Assembly: GCA_009103225.1 (NCBI GenBank)
Contig: RHPI01001010.1
Coordinates: forward strand, 153,240-217,239
From: Chlorokybus atmophyticus
Taxonomy: Eukaryota; Plantae; Mesostigma and Chlorokybus algae
DNA: 64,000 nt
Reading direction: 5' to 3'
Position numbers and translations under genes: made by a program. The notes beneath the pieces are model-generated. The model was not told where the DNA came from. It made no database searches and was given only the letters and a program-made list of their open reading frames with translations. Positions 26,887 to 40,334 of the stretch are shown one piece after another; position 1 is the first letter of the stretch, and every line of letters begins with the position of its first letter.

Positions 26887-28857
26887 TCACATTCTTGCCT
26901 TGAAGATGGCGAGCACGACAATGAGCAGCACAACCACCAGCAGCAGCACCATGAAGTACGCGCACGTGCTGCCGCCCTTCTTGAAAAGCTTGTTCATCCG
27001 GCCTTGCGCACGCTGCCAACACATACGCACACAGCAACATTCATTGCTGGAGGTCACCCGTTCAAGTATACACACTCTTGTACTTGTAAACTCACTTTTA
27101 TGTTTCTCCGCGTGTGATCAACATCATCATCCAGGTCATCCAGCAGATGTGTGTGCAAGTCTAGCTCCTCATTGATCGTGAGCGCGATGTGCTTTGATGA
27201 TGTGACCAACTTGCTCAGGCCCTCCAGCTCCTCGTCTTGGTCTGCGACCAACACGTGTCATACACCAATGTGGGCACGCGTGTAGCTGCGATGACGCATT
27301 TCTCTGCATGCGCGGTTGTTCGTCGCGCCCGTGTGATATGTGTAATCTATCTTTGGGGAGCGCATACCGACTGCACCGCATGAACCTCAGCCGCACAGCC
27401 CCTCGACTCCCCATTAGACGCTGCTCATTGCTCTCAAGGCCACAGACTAACAAGCTCTTGTGTGATGGGGAACATGGTGTGCATCTGAACATTCACTGAC
27501 ACACACGCGCGCGCGTGTGCGCGTGTGTAAGAGTATGTGCGTACATCTGCACAACCACTGTTGCATACCTCTCATGAGCTGTGTTTGGAGCTGTAGGATG
27601 CCGGATGAGTCCAGGTCAGCCGTGCGATCGGTCTCCCTGGCTTTGCCATTGGCGGCGGCGCCATCCGCTCCCGCCAGCAGCGCACTCTTGTCCCCGGCCG
27701 GTTGCGCGATCGCGCCCTGCGCCCTTGCCACCGCAGCGTGCAACGTCTGCGCAAGTTTGTGGTGCAGGTTGGCATTTGACATAAAAGGATCTCAGCAGTG
27801 CATGTGAATCCTGCATGCATGTCTGCTGCGTTGAACATGCCTGTTTTGGTCTGCACAACTCAACACGTACGAGCACATGTCAGACTGTATGCACACGTGC
27901 TTGCGCACGCACGTGTCTGTGCGCATGTACGTGTACGCATGTGCGCATGCGCCCAGGAGTAAAGCTAGTCAGAATAACAGACACACGCAACAAACTCTGT
28001 CACAGCAGCAGCGACAACCACCACCACCACCACCACCACCACAAATACCCTTGTGTTCGCACATGCACGCGCGTATTCATGCGCACAAGCGTGCCCATGC
28101 GTTGTTGTTGGAGGGTACTCACGCAAGCATACACACTGGACGCACCTACAAACACATGACAGCGGACCCGCATACCTGTGCCAAGTCCTGGCGTCTCGAT
28201 CTCTCCCGTTCCGACAGCGTGCGGTCCTGCCCGGCATCGCGTCGAAGCGTGTCCGCGCGGGCCAGCAGCAGAGTCAGCTTCCGCCGTGCCGCTGCCGCCG
28301 CTGTGCGCGCACTGCCACCTCCCCCTCTTGAGGGACCATCCTGCGTGTGAGAAGAAGGGCATCACGAGGGTGAGAACGCTCACTCTTCAGCTTGATCTGT
28401 CAGACAGAGTGGCTGTTGATTGAACAATAATGGGTGATGAGATTTGTTCATGTGAATGGTATGCAGCGCATTGTACCTTGCTCAAGTACGTGTGATGGAG
28501 GACAATGGACCAACTGAACTAAGTGTTGTGGTGTTGAGTGCAGCAGCCACAATCGTGCTCTGTGCCAACACCACACAAAATAGCTTGCTTGTTTGCTTGT
28601 CGGTATGCTGGTTGATGAGATGGTATGCACACATGGTGTTTGAAAGCACAACTGAAAGTACAACTACAGCAGGCGATACTAACGTTGATGGACACTCAGA
28701 AGGTTTGTTTGACGATGAGAAGAGAGCTGACCTGGACAGACGGGCCGGCGGCGGAGGTGGCGCGGTGCTGTAGGGCCGTGGCGAGCGCCTCCTCGGCGGC
28801 GGCCTTCACGTCCTCGTACTCCCGCAGCCACACCTCACCCTCCCTCCCCGTCGCCAT
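26887..28857 (-). CDS. SYP5: Qc-SNARE syntaxin of plants 5 (SYP51/52-like), 5 exons
   Basis: MATGREGEVWLREYE; ARRKLTLLLARADTL...LSERERSRRQD; RETDRTADLDSSGILQLQTQLMR; SNARE motif DQDEELEGLSKLVTSSKHIALTINEELDLHTHLLDDLDDDVD; C-terminal TM anchor FMVLLLVVVLLIVVLAIFK. Confidence 0.9.
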
Positions 28858-29136
28858 CGCCTCCACCGCCGCCGCCTCCACCGCCGCCCCGGTCAACGCC
28901 ACCAACAATGCCGCCCAAACCCTAACCAAGAATTATTCTCCCCAGAGCCAAGCAGCAGGCGGCGGCGGCGGAGGACGAGGACAAGGAGGAGGAGGAGGAG
29001 GAGGACGGGAAGGGTTGGGAGTGAGGGATAGTCGTCATGGAGAGGAGGTGGGCGACGAGGAGGAGGCGGAGGAGAACGTTGTTGTAGTAGTGGTTGTTGC
29101 ATGGGGGATCGCCGTCGCCTGGGTGGGGACAGCACC

Positions 29137-31533
29137 ATGCAGACGGAGGCGGCGAGGCAGGGCGGCAGCGTCGGCGGCAAGAGTGTGTGCAGGTACTTCG
29201 CCGCCGGGCTGTACTGCAAGCGTGGCGACAAGTGCCAGTTTGCCCACAGCCTCCTCCCCGCAAGCACAAGCAGAAACGGCGGAGGCGCCTCCGTCAGCAA
29301 CGGCGGAGGCGGAGGCAGCAAGCGTGGCAGCGCTGAAAGAGGAGGAGGAGGCGGATCTTCCTCAAGAAGTGCGCGCGACGGAGGGTGGGGCAGCAGCAGG
29401 GACAGGGACTCTGGCAGCAGGTACGATCCAGATTCCATGCTGTGCGTTGCTTCCTCTCTTACATGCTTTGGATTGGGTATGGCACAGGTGTGTTGATTGC
29501 ATGGATTCCACTACCATATCTCAATGATCGTTCTCTCTGCACCGTTGCATGTACAATGTGTTGCTGTGTTGTATGTGAAGTCTTGCATAGAGTGTAAAGT
29601 CTTGCATAGGAGTAGTTACAGGAGACAGAGAGAGCGAGAGCAGTCCCAGCACAGGGTTCTACTTTATAGTGGGTTTCATTTCATTTATTCACCTTGCAGG
29701 AATCGGCGGAGCAGGGGAAGGGACGACAGGGGCTCAAGTAGACGTGCACAAAAGCTGGTAAATTGCGAAATATATGGCAGCTTGGTTGATCAACTTGGCA
29801 AGAAGTTTGTCTACGTTTTCATGTGTTGGACACACGCAACAGCTGATCTGTTGTGTTGGTTGTTGCTCTGTGTCACAGTGTCAGTATTGGGTTGCTGGTG
29901 ACTGCAAGAAGGGCACCTCATGCGCTTTCCTCCACGCGCACACGTCCACGCCGGACATGGAGAAGCTGGCTGACCTGGTCGGCCACGATCGCGGCCTGCG
30001 CGCCCTCGCCCTCGCGCTCACCAACCCCGCCGCACCGCAGCTATACTCGGGCGGACAGGATCGCACCGTGCGCGTGTGGGACTGCACATCAGGCCAGGTG
30101 CGGGGTTGGATCTATGGATTTGCATGTCATTATTGTTGTTGTGATGTACGCTATCAAAGCCCACACTCTGTGTACTGCAGTGCACGTCTGTTGTGGATGT
30201 TGGCGGGGAGGTGACGAGCATCCTCGTAGAGGGCGGGTGGCTGTTTGTTGGGTTGACAAGCGAGATACGCTGTTGGAACATGGCGACGGGCACGCAGCTA
30301 TCGCTCGCGGGGCACCAGGGATCCATACACGCGCTCCACGTGTTCAACACACTCCTCTTCTCCGCTGCACAGGTCCTAGTCTGTTTTGTGTGCTGTGCAG
30401 TGGTTGCTTCACGCATTTCGAATTGAGGCTCGGTTATTTATGCATCCGAAAGTGCTCATTAAAGTACTGTGTTTACGCCGACGCATGTTGACTTGTGACA
30501 GGATGCAACGATCAAAGCGTGGAAGTTCAACCCAACAGTGAACTCGTTCGAGTGCGTGGCGACACTTGTGGGACATGGTGCGCCTGTGTTGGCGCTGCAA
30601 GGGCTTGGCGCGTACCTGTACTCGGCTTCCTGGGACAAAACAATAAGGGTGCGTGCAGCGTCTTTGCTTATCTGCTGCTGGGGGCAGTTTCGTACATATC
30701 TAGTAGAGTATCAACATCATTAACTTGGTCGTGAGTATCGCTAGAGGTGTCATCGTCGTGGGTGTTATTACTATTGTTATTGAAGGATGATGATGATGGT
30801 GCTTATTGGTTGTATTTTTATCATTACTTCTCCTTTGCCTCACGCTGTTGCGTGATCATATACAGGTCTGGGATCTGGCGAGCGGGCAGTGCGTGCAGAG
30901 CGTGGAGGCGCACACGCATGTCGTGATGAGCCTCCTTGTGTGGGAAGGCCACCTACTGTCGTGCTCCCTTGACGGCTATATCAAGGTGGGAAGCTAGTAT
31001 GCATGTCATTCGCTTGTTGATTGCGATTGTGAGACCGACATAATCCTCTGCTGCGTTAGATTTGGGGTCAAGGGAGCAGCGGGCAGCTGGACCAGGTGCA
31101 CGTGCATCCGGACGATGATGAGGGGGAGAAAGGGATGGAGGCCATGGGAGGCGGTGCGCTCGCGCTGTGCGGCACGGTGGACGCGCAAAACAAGCCAATT
31201 TTGCTGTGCGCTTACAATGACAACTCCACAAGACTCTGGGAACTGCCGAGGTGAGCCCATGTTGACATGTGTGTGCGTGCGCATGCGCCGTGTGTGTGCG
31301 CAGGTGTGCGCGTGTTTGTTTGCAGACAGAACACCATGCAAAGTCATTTGTGTGTGTGATGCGCCTCTCATGCATTGTTCGTCTTGTTTGGCAGCTTTGC
31401 AGACAGAGGGTCTGTGTACACGCTCGCGGAGGTGCGCGCTCTCGGCGTTGGGCCGGCCGGCACGTTTTTCACGGGGGACTCGAGTGGCGCACTCAAGGTC
31501 TGGCGATGGCTGCCTGGACCCGCGGTCGGATGA
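29137..31533 (+). CDS. ZFWD: CCCH zinc finger-WD40 repeat protein (plant ZFWD family), multi-exon
   Basis: Two CCCH fingers (CRYFAAGLYCKRGDKCQFAH; CQYWVAGDCKKGTSCAFLH). WD repeats: GH...LYSGGQDRTVRVWD, GHGAPVLALQGLGAYLYSASWDKTIRVWD, HTHVVMSLLVWEGHLLSCSLDGYIK, FFTGDSSGALKVWRW. TGA at 31531-31533. Alternative in-frame ATG at 29101. Confidence 0.93.
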
Positions 31534-32674
31534 CACTCATGCGACATCAGCTGTCAACCTTGTGTTGTACATGTCGAGCGATGGGGCGCCAAAACTGCCA
31601 TGTGCAGCAAAGACAGACACCCAGTGCACCAGAGTGTACATATACAGTGATGTGGTATCCATGCCCGCCTGTGATCTGCACACGACATCACTCTGTGCAC
31701 ACCCCAACGCCACATATCCTCTACACGCGAGTGACTGGTGAAGCCAACGCACTTGTTGGCACGCAAACCAGCTCAAGTTTTGGGGCCGCTTCAACCTGAT
31801 GCATGCTGGACTGTTGCAGCCTGATTCGCCAGCCAAGGTGCAATGCAGAGAGACAAGAGTCGTACGCACCGCTGCAGCACGTAGAACTCTTTGTTGCTGT
31901 ATCTGTTAGCCTATCTGTGGTGTATTAGCCAGTTGTTATTCCCCTACTTGGGTTGTACTACTAAACAGCTATCTATCCTGATCCTGATTGGCACCAGGGT
32001 CTGGCCAGTTGCCGTGGTGTTGGCGTGCTTTGTCAAGTGCAGTGCAAGCTAGCGTGCCACAACTGTGAAATCATATTGGCTTGGCATTGAGATTGCCAAC
32101 TGCGTGCCTGGCTGACAACCTGTTTTCGACTGCCATAGCTTGTTTCCACATCCAACTGCAAAGGACAGTTGAATGTTGCGATGTCTATATTATGATGGTG
32201 GCATCAAGTCACCAATGCCAATTGTGCCTCTCGCCACACATGAAACCTCCTAAAGCGCTTGTTCAATGTGTTGCACATTTGATTGAGTTCTTTATTGGCA
32301 TTGGGCTGTGCGCCAAGTACCGTGCAAGCTTGATGCCTTTGTTTGGCTCTGTGAGATTCATTGCTTTGCTCTCAGCCTGGACCGCACTGATGTTGCAGCA
32401 TGCAAACGGCAAGGCGTAAGCTGATGTGATAATCACAACAGCATCACGACACCCGGAAAAGAATATGAACGTACCCAATGCAGTAGCAATGTTTGTCCAC
32501 TGCTTGAGCACAGGCTTACACCACTATACGCCAATAAGACTCTGGCATTGAATATGCCGTATCTTTCTGAACAAGCCTCTTTCCGATATTCAACGCAATA
32601 CATCTATGCAATCAATACCACCAACCAGATGCCTCCCCATGCAACACACAACTATCACTGTCTCACACACATTG

Positions 32675-33013
32675 TCATCCGCCAGTGCCGCGAGAGTTGA
32701 CAACCTTCCCAAGCCCAGCGGCTTTCAGCAGCGCAGCCATGGTTTGGGCCTCAGTAGCGCCGTCATGGCTATCGCCACTAGAATCCACGGCAGCATCGCC
32801 AACAACATCGCTGCCGTTGTTGTTGTCGTTGGCCAGAAGCGCGGCGTCGAGGTGAAGCTTCCTTTGCGCTATACGCATGATGTCCTCGTCAACAGTCCCC
32901 TCAGTCACCAACCTGTGTGACAAATGTCAACATGTCTTTCAACAGTGTCATCACACACACTTACCCACCAACATACGCACACGTGTGGGCACGTAGGCAC
33001 GCACGCGCACAGC

Positions 33014-33058
<45 letters not shown>

Positions 33059-33140
33059 GCGCGCACGCACACGCACACGCACACGCACACGCACACGCAC
33101 ACGCACACGCACACGCACACGCACACGCACACGCACACGC

Positions 33141-33210
<70 letters not shown>

Positions 33211-36200
33211 GCGCGCGTAAGCATGTACACGCATGAATACATGCACACATGCGCGCGCACACAGACACACCTGTAGACGGTGACGGGTTTGGTCTGGCCT
33301 ATGCGGTGCGCTCTATCCTCACACTGCTTGTCGACCTGCGGGTTGAAGTCGACGTCGTGGATGATGACGGTGTCGGCGCCCGTGAGGTTGAGCCCCTGTC
33401 CCCCAGCGCGCGACGACAGCAGCATCGCAAACACGCCACCGTCACCACGATTGAACGCGTCCACCAACGCTTGCCTCTCAGACACCGGCGTGCTGCACAA
33501 CAACCACTCTGTTGTTGCCACACGCAAACACGCATGCTCCCGCGGACACGCGCACGCACGCACACCTTCCATCCAGGCGTAGGTAAGCCAGGTCCATCTT
33601 CTGCAGCGCGTCTTCCATGATATCAAGCAGCGACGTCCACTGGCTGAATATGAGCGGCCGCGAGCCACTCTTCTTAAGCTCATGCAATATCTCACGCATG
33701 CGCACGAGCTTCGCGGACGCATCCGTGACATCATCGTCATCATCGTTGTTGTCCACGCCGTCGATGCGCACGTCGTACGCGCGACAGAGGTTGCGCAGGG
33801 CGTAGTCGCTGTAACCCTCGATCTCCTTTTCAACCTGCGTGACACTGCACTCGAAGCCAAACGCACCCTTTGCACGAACCCGCCTGCACAATACAACACA
33901 TCATGTTGTGGTTGTGGTTGTAGTTGTGGTTGTGGTTGTGGTTGTGGTATGATGATGATGATGATGATGGTGATGATACTGTTGTTGTTGTCTCACCTGG
34001 CGAGTTCGGGGATGGCGTCATCGGGATACTTCTCGCGCACGAGTAGCGGGTGGTTGGCTATCTTGCGCAGGTGCGAGAACACGTTCATCACCTGCCTCTT
34101 CGGCAAGTTGTCACTACCATGCTTATCGTTTCGTGCGGATGCGGCTGCGGCTGCCTGCATAAGAGCTTTCTCGTACACGCGTCTCTGCGTGTCGGTCATG
34201 CGCACCACCTCCACGTGTTGGGTTTTAGGTGTGAGTTGTTTCGCCACGTCCGCCTTGACGCGTCTCAGCACGAACGGGGCTAAGATGCGCTTCATCGCCG
34301 CAACTAATGTGGACTCGCCGTCCGCGTCGGTGGTGGGGGCAAAGTCGTCCGCTGCGGTGGAGGATGTGCACACGACGTCGTCGAAGATGTCGGGAAGGAG
34401 GAAACGCAACATGTGCCACAGCTCACGCAGGTCGTTCTGGGAGAAGGTGACGAGCAGCAGGAGTCGGGAACCACACAATCAATAATAAGAGGTCACGCAC
34501 ACAGGCGCACACTCACACACACAAGCATGCACATGTAGATGCGCACAGACGTATGCACGCACACGTGCACACGCTCGCGCACTTGCGCTCACGCTTAGGC
34601 GCACGCGCACGCGCACATACTAATACACACACCTGCAGTGGTGTCCCCGTGAGCATGACTCTCGACTCCGCGCACTTCCTCGCCACGCTATCCAACCTCC
34701 TCGCCCTCGCGCTGCTCGCATCCTTCACCAGATGCGCCTCATCCAGCACGACGTGCGAGTACCTCAACTTTCTCAAGAACGCTCGATCGCTCTGCTGCCT
34801 CCCGCCGTCGCGCTCAAACACTGTGTACGTGGTCAACAACACATCAAAGTTGTTGTCGTTGCTGTCATTGTTGTCTTCGATGATGACGTCGCGGTTTGTG
34901 CCTGTGAACACGGCCACGCGGAATGTTGGGCACCAGAGTGCGAGCTCGCGGGACCAGTTGTCCAACACGGAGGAGGGGACCACGATCAGGTGGGGGAGGG
35001 GTGATCGCTCTTCGGAGGAGACGACGCCGAGGTAGCAGATCAGCTGAACCGTCTTGCCCAAACCCTGGGGGAGAGAGACTGTGTTTGTGTGTGCATGCGC
35101 GCGTGCGTGTGCGTGCGTGCCTGCGTGTGCGCGTGCGTGCGTGTGCGCGTGCGCGTGTGTATATGCGCACCATCTCATCTGCCAGGATTGCGCCTCGCAC
35201 GCCTCTTCGGTGTAGCAGCAGCAGAAAGTTGACGCCCACGACCTGGTACGGCTTCAGCTCCGGCGCCGGCGTGGACGTGGATGTTGACGTGGACGTGCCG
35301 CACGCGTTGGCCACCTCTGCCTGCGTGACGAGCGGCTGCGAGCAACACGCGGGGTCGGAGGAGATGGCCGCGATGGCCTCGCGCAACGACGAGGCAACCT
35401 CCTCGCACTTCTTCAACACGCGATCGATGGGGTCCACCTCCGCTTCCTCCTCCTGCGCCATCTCCTCGTCATCTTTCTCATCGACTTCATCATCGTCTTG
35501 CGTGTGGGTGAGGTCCGTGATGAGCGCTCGCGGCGTGTCGTGCGTCAAGTCCACGAGGCCATCGTTGTTGTTGGTGGTGGTAGGCGTGTCGTCGTCATTG
35601 GCATCGGCATCAGCATCGTCGCTATCATCGTCGTCATCGGAGTCGTCCAGCAGCACTCGTCGCTTCTTGCTCGGGGCCTGATGAACAACCACACATGAGT
35701 GCGAGGAGAGGTACGGCGCTTGAAACAGAGATGTAGACTGATGCACGCACCTGGCGGGGAGCCGGAGAAGGTGTCTCCTGCACAATGTGTGCCATACGCC
35801 CACTCTTCCCACGCACGCCCACACCGTGGCTCCCTTGAGCCTGTCTACCATCGTTGTTGGCGTTGGCGTTGGTGTTGTCATTGTTGTTGTGGGTGGTGGT
35901 GGTGGTGGTGGTGGTGCTGTTGCTGTTTTTGTTGCTATTGGTGGTGGTGGCGGTGTTGCTGTGGTTGTTGTTGTTGTAACGGTAGTCCTCCAGGTCACGG
36001 GCGTCGCGTATAGGTCCGAGCACGCGTTCGGCCCGCAGCAGCGCCTCCCGCTCCTCCTCCTCACGAGTATCCTGCTTGGCGTGGCCCACGCCTGCCTCTT
36101 CCTCCTCCTCCGAATCGCACACGATGCCCACTACCGCAGACGACACGCTGCACACACACACAACCACGTAAGACTCAGTGCATCACAGTGACAGTGAAAT

Positions 36201-36794
36201 AATCATATGTAAGAGGCATCAGTCGTGTGGGATGAACGGGGCAGAGGGATATGTTGTACAGACACACGAGCAAGACGCTATGCGGTGCGGGGCGGTGATG
36301 TCTCAGGCCTTGCAATAACAACAACAACATGGCGATAACAACCACACCAAGCTCACAAAACAAAGCAACACAAGCAATGAACGGCAAACAACGTTATGAT
36401 TCAAAGCACAGTCTTATTGATTTATCCAATTTACAACTGACAGTTCGGTATCTAAACTCAGACATGGCTAGATTCTCGTGGCAAAGCTCAGTAACTACAT
36501 GCAGGGTTGTAGGGCGAGCAGTTGGGGTTTACACATGTGCATGCGCCTCTCCACCTCGCCCGCTGCTTATTGTGTTTTGTGAAAATTCTTACCAAGGAAA
36601 AGGTCAAACTGTTATGCTACTACTGTGTGATTGACTGTCATACGACTGTCGTGTGGTGTTTTGCAACCGTCGCGAGAGACGTTTCCCAACGGCAGCACAA
36701 CTACACACTTGTTGATGGTCAACCTGGCGTTGTGTGGCAGCGCATCGTCGTCTCCGTCATGCGCGCCTCCGTGCGTCCGGTCGTCACGCCGCAT
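32675..36794 (-). CDS. ETL1: SNF2-family chromatin remodelling ATPase, ETL1/CHR19/SMARCAD1 (Fun30) subfamily; start codon uncertain
   Basis: [22 protein letters not shown]|GLGKT (Walker A), [126 protein letters not shown]. The segment [10 protein letters not shown] is consistent with the ETL1 subfamily. Confidence 0.9.
33010..33220. repeat. Intronic (CA)n/(CG)n/(CACACG)n compound microsatellite
   Basis: Directly visible, inside the last intron of the SNF2 gene. Confidence 0.9.
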
Positions 36795-36954
36795 GTGGGA
36801 GAAGGAGGAGACGACGTTTCCCGCCGACGATGGCGACAAGGACAACGACGCCGACGGCGGTGAGAGTGATCGAGCGTCACGGGCGATTCGGATCTTCCCG
36901 CCACGCGCGAGTGTGACGCGAGTTGTGTCGTCGTTGAGGCGTGACGAGAGACGG

Positions 36955-36955
36955 G

Positions 36956-36988
<33 letters not shown>

Positions 36989-37098
36989 NNNNNNNNNNNN
37001 NNNNNNNNNNNNNNNNNNNNNNNNNNNNNNNNNNNNNNNNNNNNNNNNNNNNNNNNNNNNNNNNNNNNNNNNNNNNNNNNNNNNNNNNNNNNNNNNNN

Positions 37099-37127
<29 letters not shown>
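36955..37127. repeat. (GA)n microsatellite spanning an N gap
   Basis: GA runs on both sides of an N stretch of about 110 bases. Confidence 0.9.
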
Positions 37128-37129
<2 letters not shown>

Positions 37130-37618
37130 TGCGTTGGGTAGGCCTAGCAGTAGTACTTTCATGCCTAATGGTTGGAGCTGCGTGCTGAAGGTAGTGACAA
37201 CTGGACGCACATCAAGTACAAGTTGCCACACAGTAAGCTTTCAGCAACCGAGTGTACTCGACTGCCAACTGACTGCCTGTAATACCCATTGCGTCACGCA
37301 GTGCAACAAGCGCCAAGTGCTGTATCACATGGACTACACCCCGACACTTGGCTGCGTGTGTCAACCAGTTGTGCAATGCGGCAAACACAATCCCACTCAA
37401 GCAGTGTACACCTGTTAGAGGGCTTGTTTGTTTAACTGCCAGATAAGTGTTAGCTGTAGCTATGAATTGGTAGATGCATAGGCATGGAGGAGGCAGTCCC
37501 CATGGCAGTGTCTTTGTTGTTGCTATCTATCCTGCCTAGCAACCGGTTGCGCTTGCGAGGCGCATAGATGCAATCACAGTATATGATTATACAAAAATCA
37601 CACAGAATAATACGACTT

Positions 37619-39073
37619 CTACTGGCTGGCTATGCGGCACTGGAGTGGCTTCTTCGGCTTCGGCAGCCCCGTCACTTCCCTAATGAGCCATTTACTCTGC
37701 ACCGGTCCGGTGGCAAATATCCCTGACGCCGAGTCGTATATCACAAACACTCTCTTTCTTGGTCCCACCAGTACCAGCGCCGACGCGTCCGCGTAGGGCG
37801 CCTCCACGTCATCCGTGCGTGCGCTCGCGACGATACGTGCAGTCAACCACTGGTCGTCGGAGCGAAGGATGACCACTTCTGATTGGGAGAGTGTGCGACG
37901 AGGGAACCGTCGGGACGGAAGGTGATGCCGTCGATGCCCATGAGGACGAGAGGGGAGCCGTCGGGGAGAGAGACCTCGTGCGTGGCCCGGGTGGTGGCGT
38001 TTGCGCACGGGTTCTGGAGATCAACCTGGTGGGACAGCACACAGACCATGTGTTGATGATGGCACCTGCACGCGCACGCACCGACGTAGCCGTACATGCG
38101 CGTGCACGCAGCATGCACACGCAGCACACATATATCACAAAACAACTCGCATGCACGGGCGCGCATGCATGCCGCGCACCCATATGCACATACACGCAGC
38201 ACGCACACCCACACGACACACTCATAACAACACCTGCAGACACATGTGCGCGCACACACAGACACATACGCGTGCTCATGTGCGCTCATGCGTCTGATGC
38301 ATTCCACCCAAAAAACACATAGCATGTGACCAGACGCTCGCCACCATTGGGTGCGCGCGACGCACACAGCTCACCTACAACAGTACGCACCAACCCGCAT
38401 GCGCACCTACAACAGTACCTTGAAGAGTTTGCCCGGTGAGTACGAGCCAACCAGTAGGTAATCTCCGCACGGGTGAATGTCGATACCATTGGCATAGAAC
38501 GGCAGTGCAGCCTGCGTCAGCAGCTTCCCACTCCTCAGCTGCGGGTTTGTCGACAGCTGGCTGATGCGTCCTCGCGCGTCCGCCTTCCACACGTCCCCGA
38601 CGAGCGTGTCCGTGATGTACAGGTTGCCCCCGTCGTCGCGCACCACGTCGTTGAGGAAGCCAACGGGGGGAGAGCCGATGAGAGCACGGGTGGATCGGCT
38701 GAAGTCTGTCGTGAAGAGGCGGCTGCCGTCGTCGAGAGAGTAGGCGGCAACCGTGTCGTAGGGGAAGGTGGGGTTGAACGAGTGAACGCACATGTACACG
38801 CAACGGTTCTTCAAATCATATTGCATGAGTGGAAAGGAGAATCAACATGTTGTACTACCGGCACAGTGACATGGGCAGCAGTGTGGTGTGTGTCGTGTAC
38901 CTGCACGCCGGCGGTGACTACGCCAGGGAAGGGCAGCCCCGTGTTGGCATACTCGGGGTCTGCCACCAGCTCCTGCCATGAAAGGAGGACACACAGGTGC
39001 ACGCAGTGTGAGTGATGTTCCTCTCTGGCACTGTGGTGCGTGTGCATGCAAGTGTGCAACAGACAGGCATGAG

Positions 39074-39129
<56 letters not shown>

Positions 39130-39375
39130 TCTCACCTTGGCGGTGCCATTGGGGTAGACAGCGACGAGGTTGGCGTGGACGAGTGATCCCGTGATGAAGC
39201 GACAGTAGACGGGATCCCACACGAACGACTCCGGATACAGCGTGTCATAGTCGAAGTGTATCCGGCTTGGCACCTCACACCTCTTCTTGTTGCTACCGTT
39301 GTTGGCCTCTGCCAAACTCAAACACGCCAGCAGCGACGCCGCCAGCAACACCACCAGCGACAGGCGGGGCGACAT
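37619..39375 (-). CDS. Secreted SMP-30/gluconolactonase-like (NHL/six-bladed beta-propeller) protein with an apparent 1-nt frameshift in the last exon
   Basis: Signal peptide MSPRLSLVVLLAASLLACLSLAEA; LYPESFVWDP; FLNDVVRDDGGNLYITD; FYANGIDIHP; GIDGITFRPDGSLV, then VILRSDDQW in a shifted frame (~37877). Confidence 0.8.
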
Positions 39376-40000
39376 CCTGACGACTGACGCTCACTACACC
39401 CGGGGAGGCAGTTTAGCTAGCGCCACAATTTGTTGCCGACAAAAGCCCTTCTGCTGCGGCGTCACGCACGCACGTACGCACACCCATGCATGGCTGCCGC
39501 ATCTTGCCTACTACTGTGCGGCGTAGTCTATGCTACAGGTTTTCAGTTTTCGAAATATACGTAGCCATTTTCAGTGCCTGCGGGTGTGGAGAGCTGTACC
39601 GGTGATGGGACAGCAGCATGAGGAAGAGGGTTGGACGCCTCCTTGCCGCTACAGTAGCCATTGATGGCCATACACGCAGCGAAGCTGGCCATCCATGGTG
39701 GTGGCTGGCTCATTCAGAGACCTCATCTAGAGACAGGTATGTTAGTGTCAAAGGTGGATGATTGACTACATGTAGGCCTAGGCCTGTATATGTCATAATG
39801 AATCGCAAGCGGGTTGCGTCGCTTTGGCCGCCACCACGCGCGCATGGCGAGGCGGAGGGGGGCATAGCGCATGCATTGGGGGACAGTAGGTTTCTTGATG
39901 GATGGATGGATTGCATCACCGGCCGGGCACATGTTTGTTTCGCACCTCTCGTCAGACTGACAGAGGGCGCGGTCTAGGCTGTGTGTGGATCTAGGACCTA

Positions 40001-40334
40001 GGGTAAATGTCCCATACTTAGGGACGTTTTCGGATTTTGTGTATAGCGGCCGCGTTGTTGATTTCCTGGCGGACATCTATTAGTTTTGTGTAGCTTAGGT
40101 ATTTCCTTACACAGCCATCATGTTTTGGTAAAATTTGGCCCAGTAATGGCATGCACGGCGCGCCAAAGTTGGGGTGTTAAGGGTGTCCGGTCCATAATGA
40201 ACTAGCCCTAAATTGGGACTCACAAGACGCGTCCTGAAGTTTGGTCGCGAATGGACGATCACCCTAGCGGATATCAACAAAATGCCCTCATATCCCCAAG
40301 TTGGGGGCGGTTCGCAAGTTGGGCACATTTACCC
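40001..40334. mobile_element. MITE, 334 bp, flanked by TA on both sides (Tc1/mariner/pogo-type target duplication)
   Basis: Left end GGGTAAATGTCCCATACTT; right end reverse complement GGGTAAATGTGCCCAACTT. TA at 39999-40000 and 40335-40336. No coding capacity. Confidence 0.7.

Noticed and set aside
32905-33276. His/Thr/Ala- and Cys/Val-repeat ORFs
   Set aside because: Intronic (CA)n/(CACACG)n microsatellite within the SNF2 gene.
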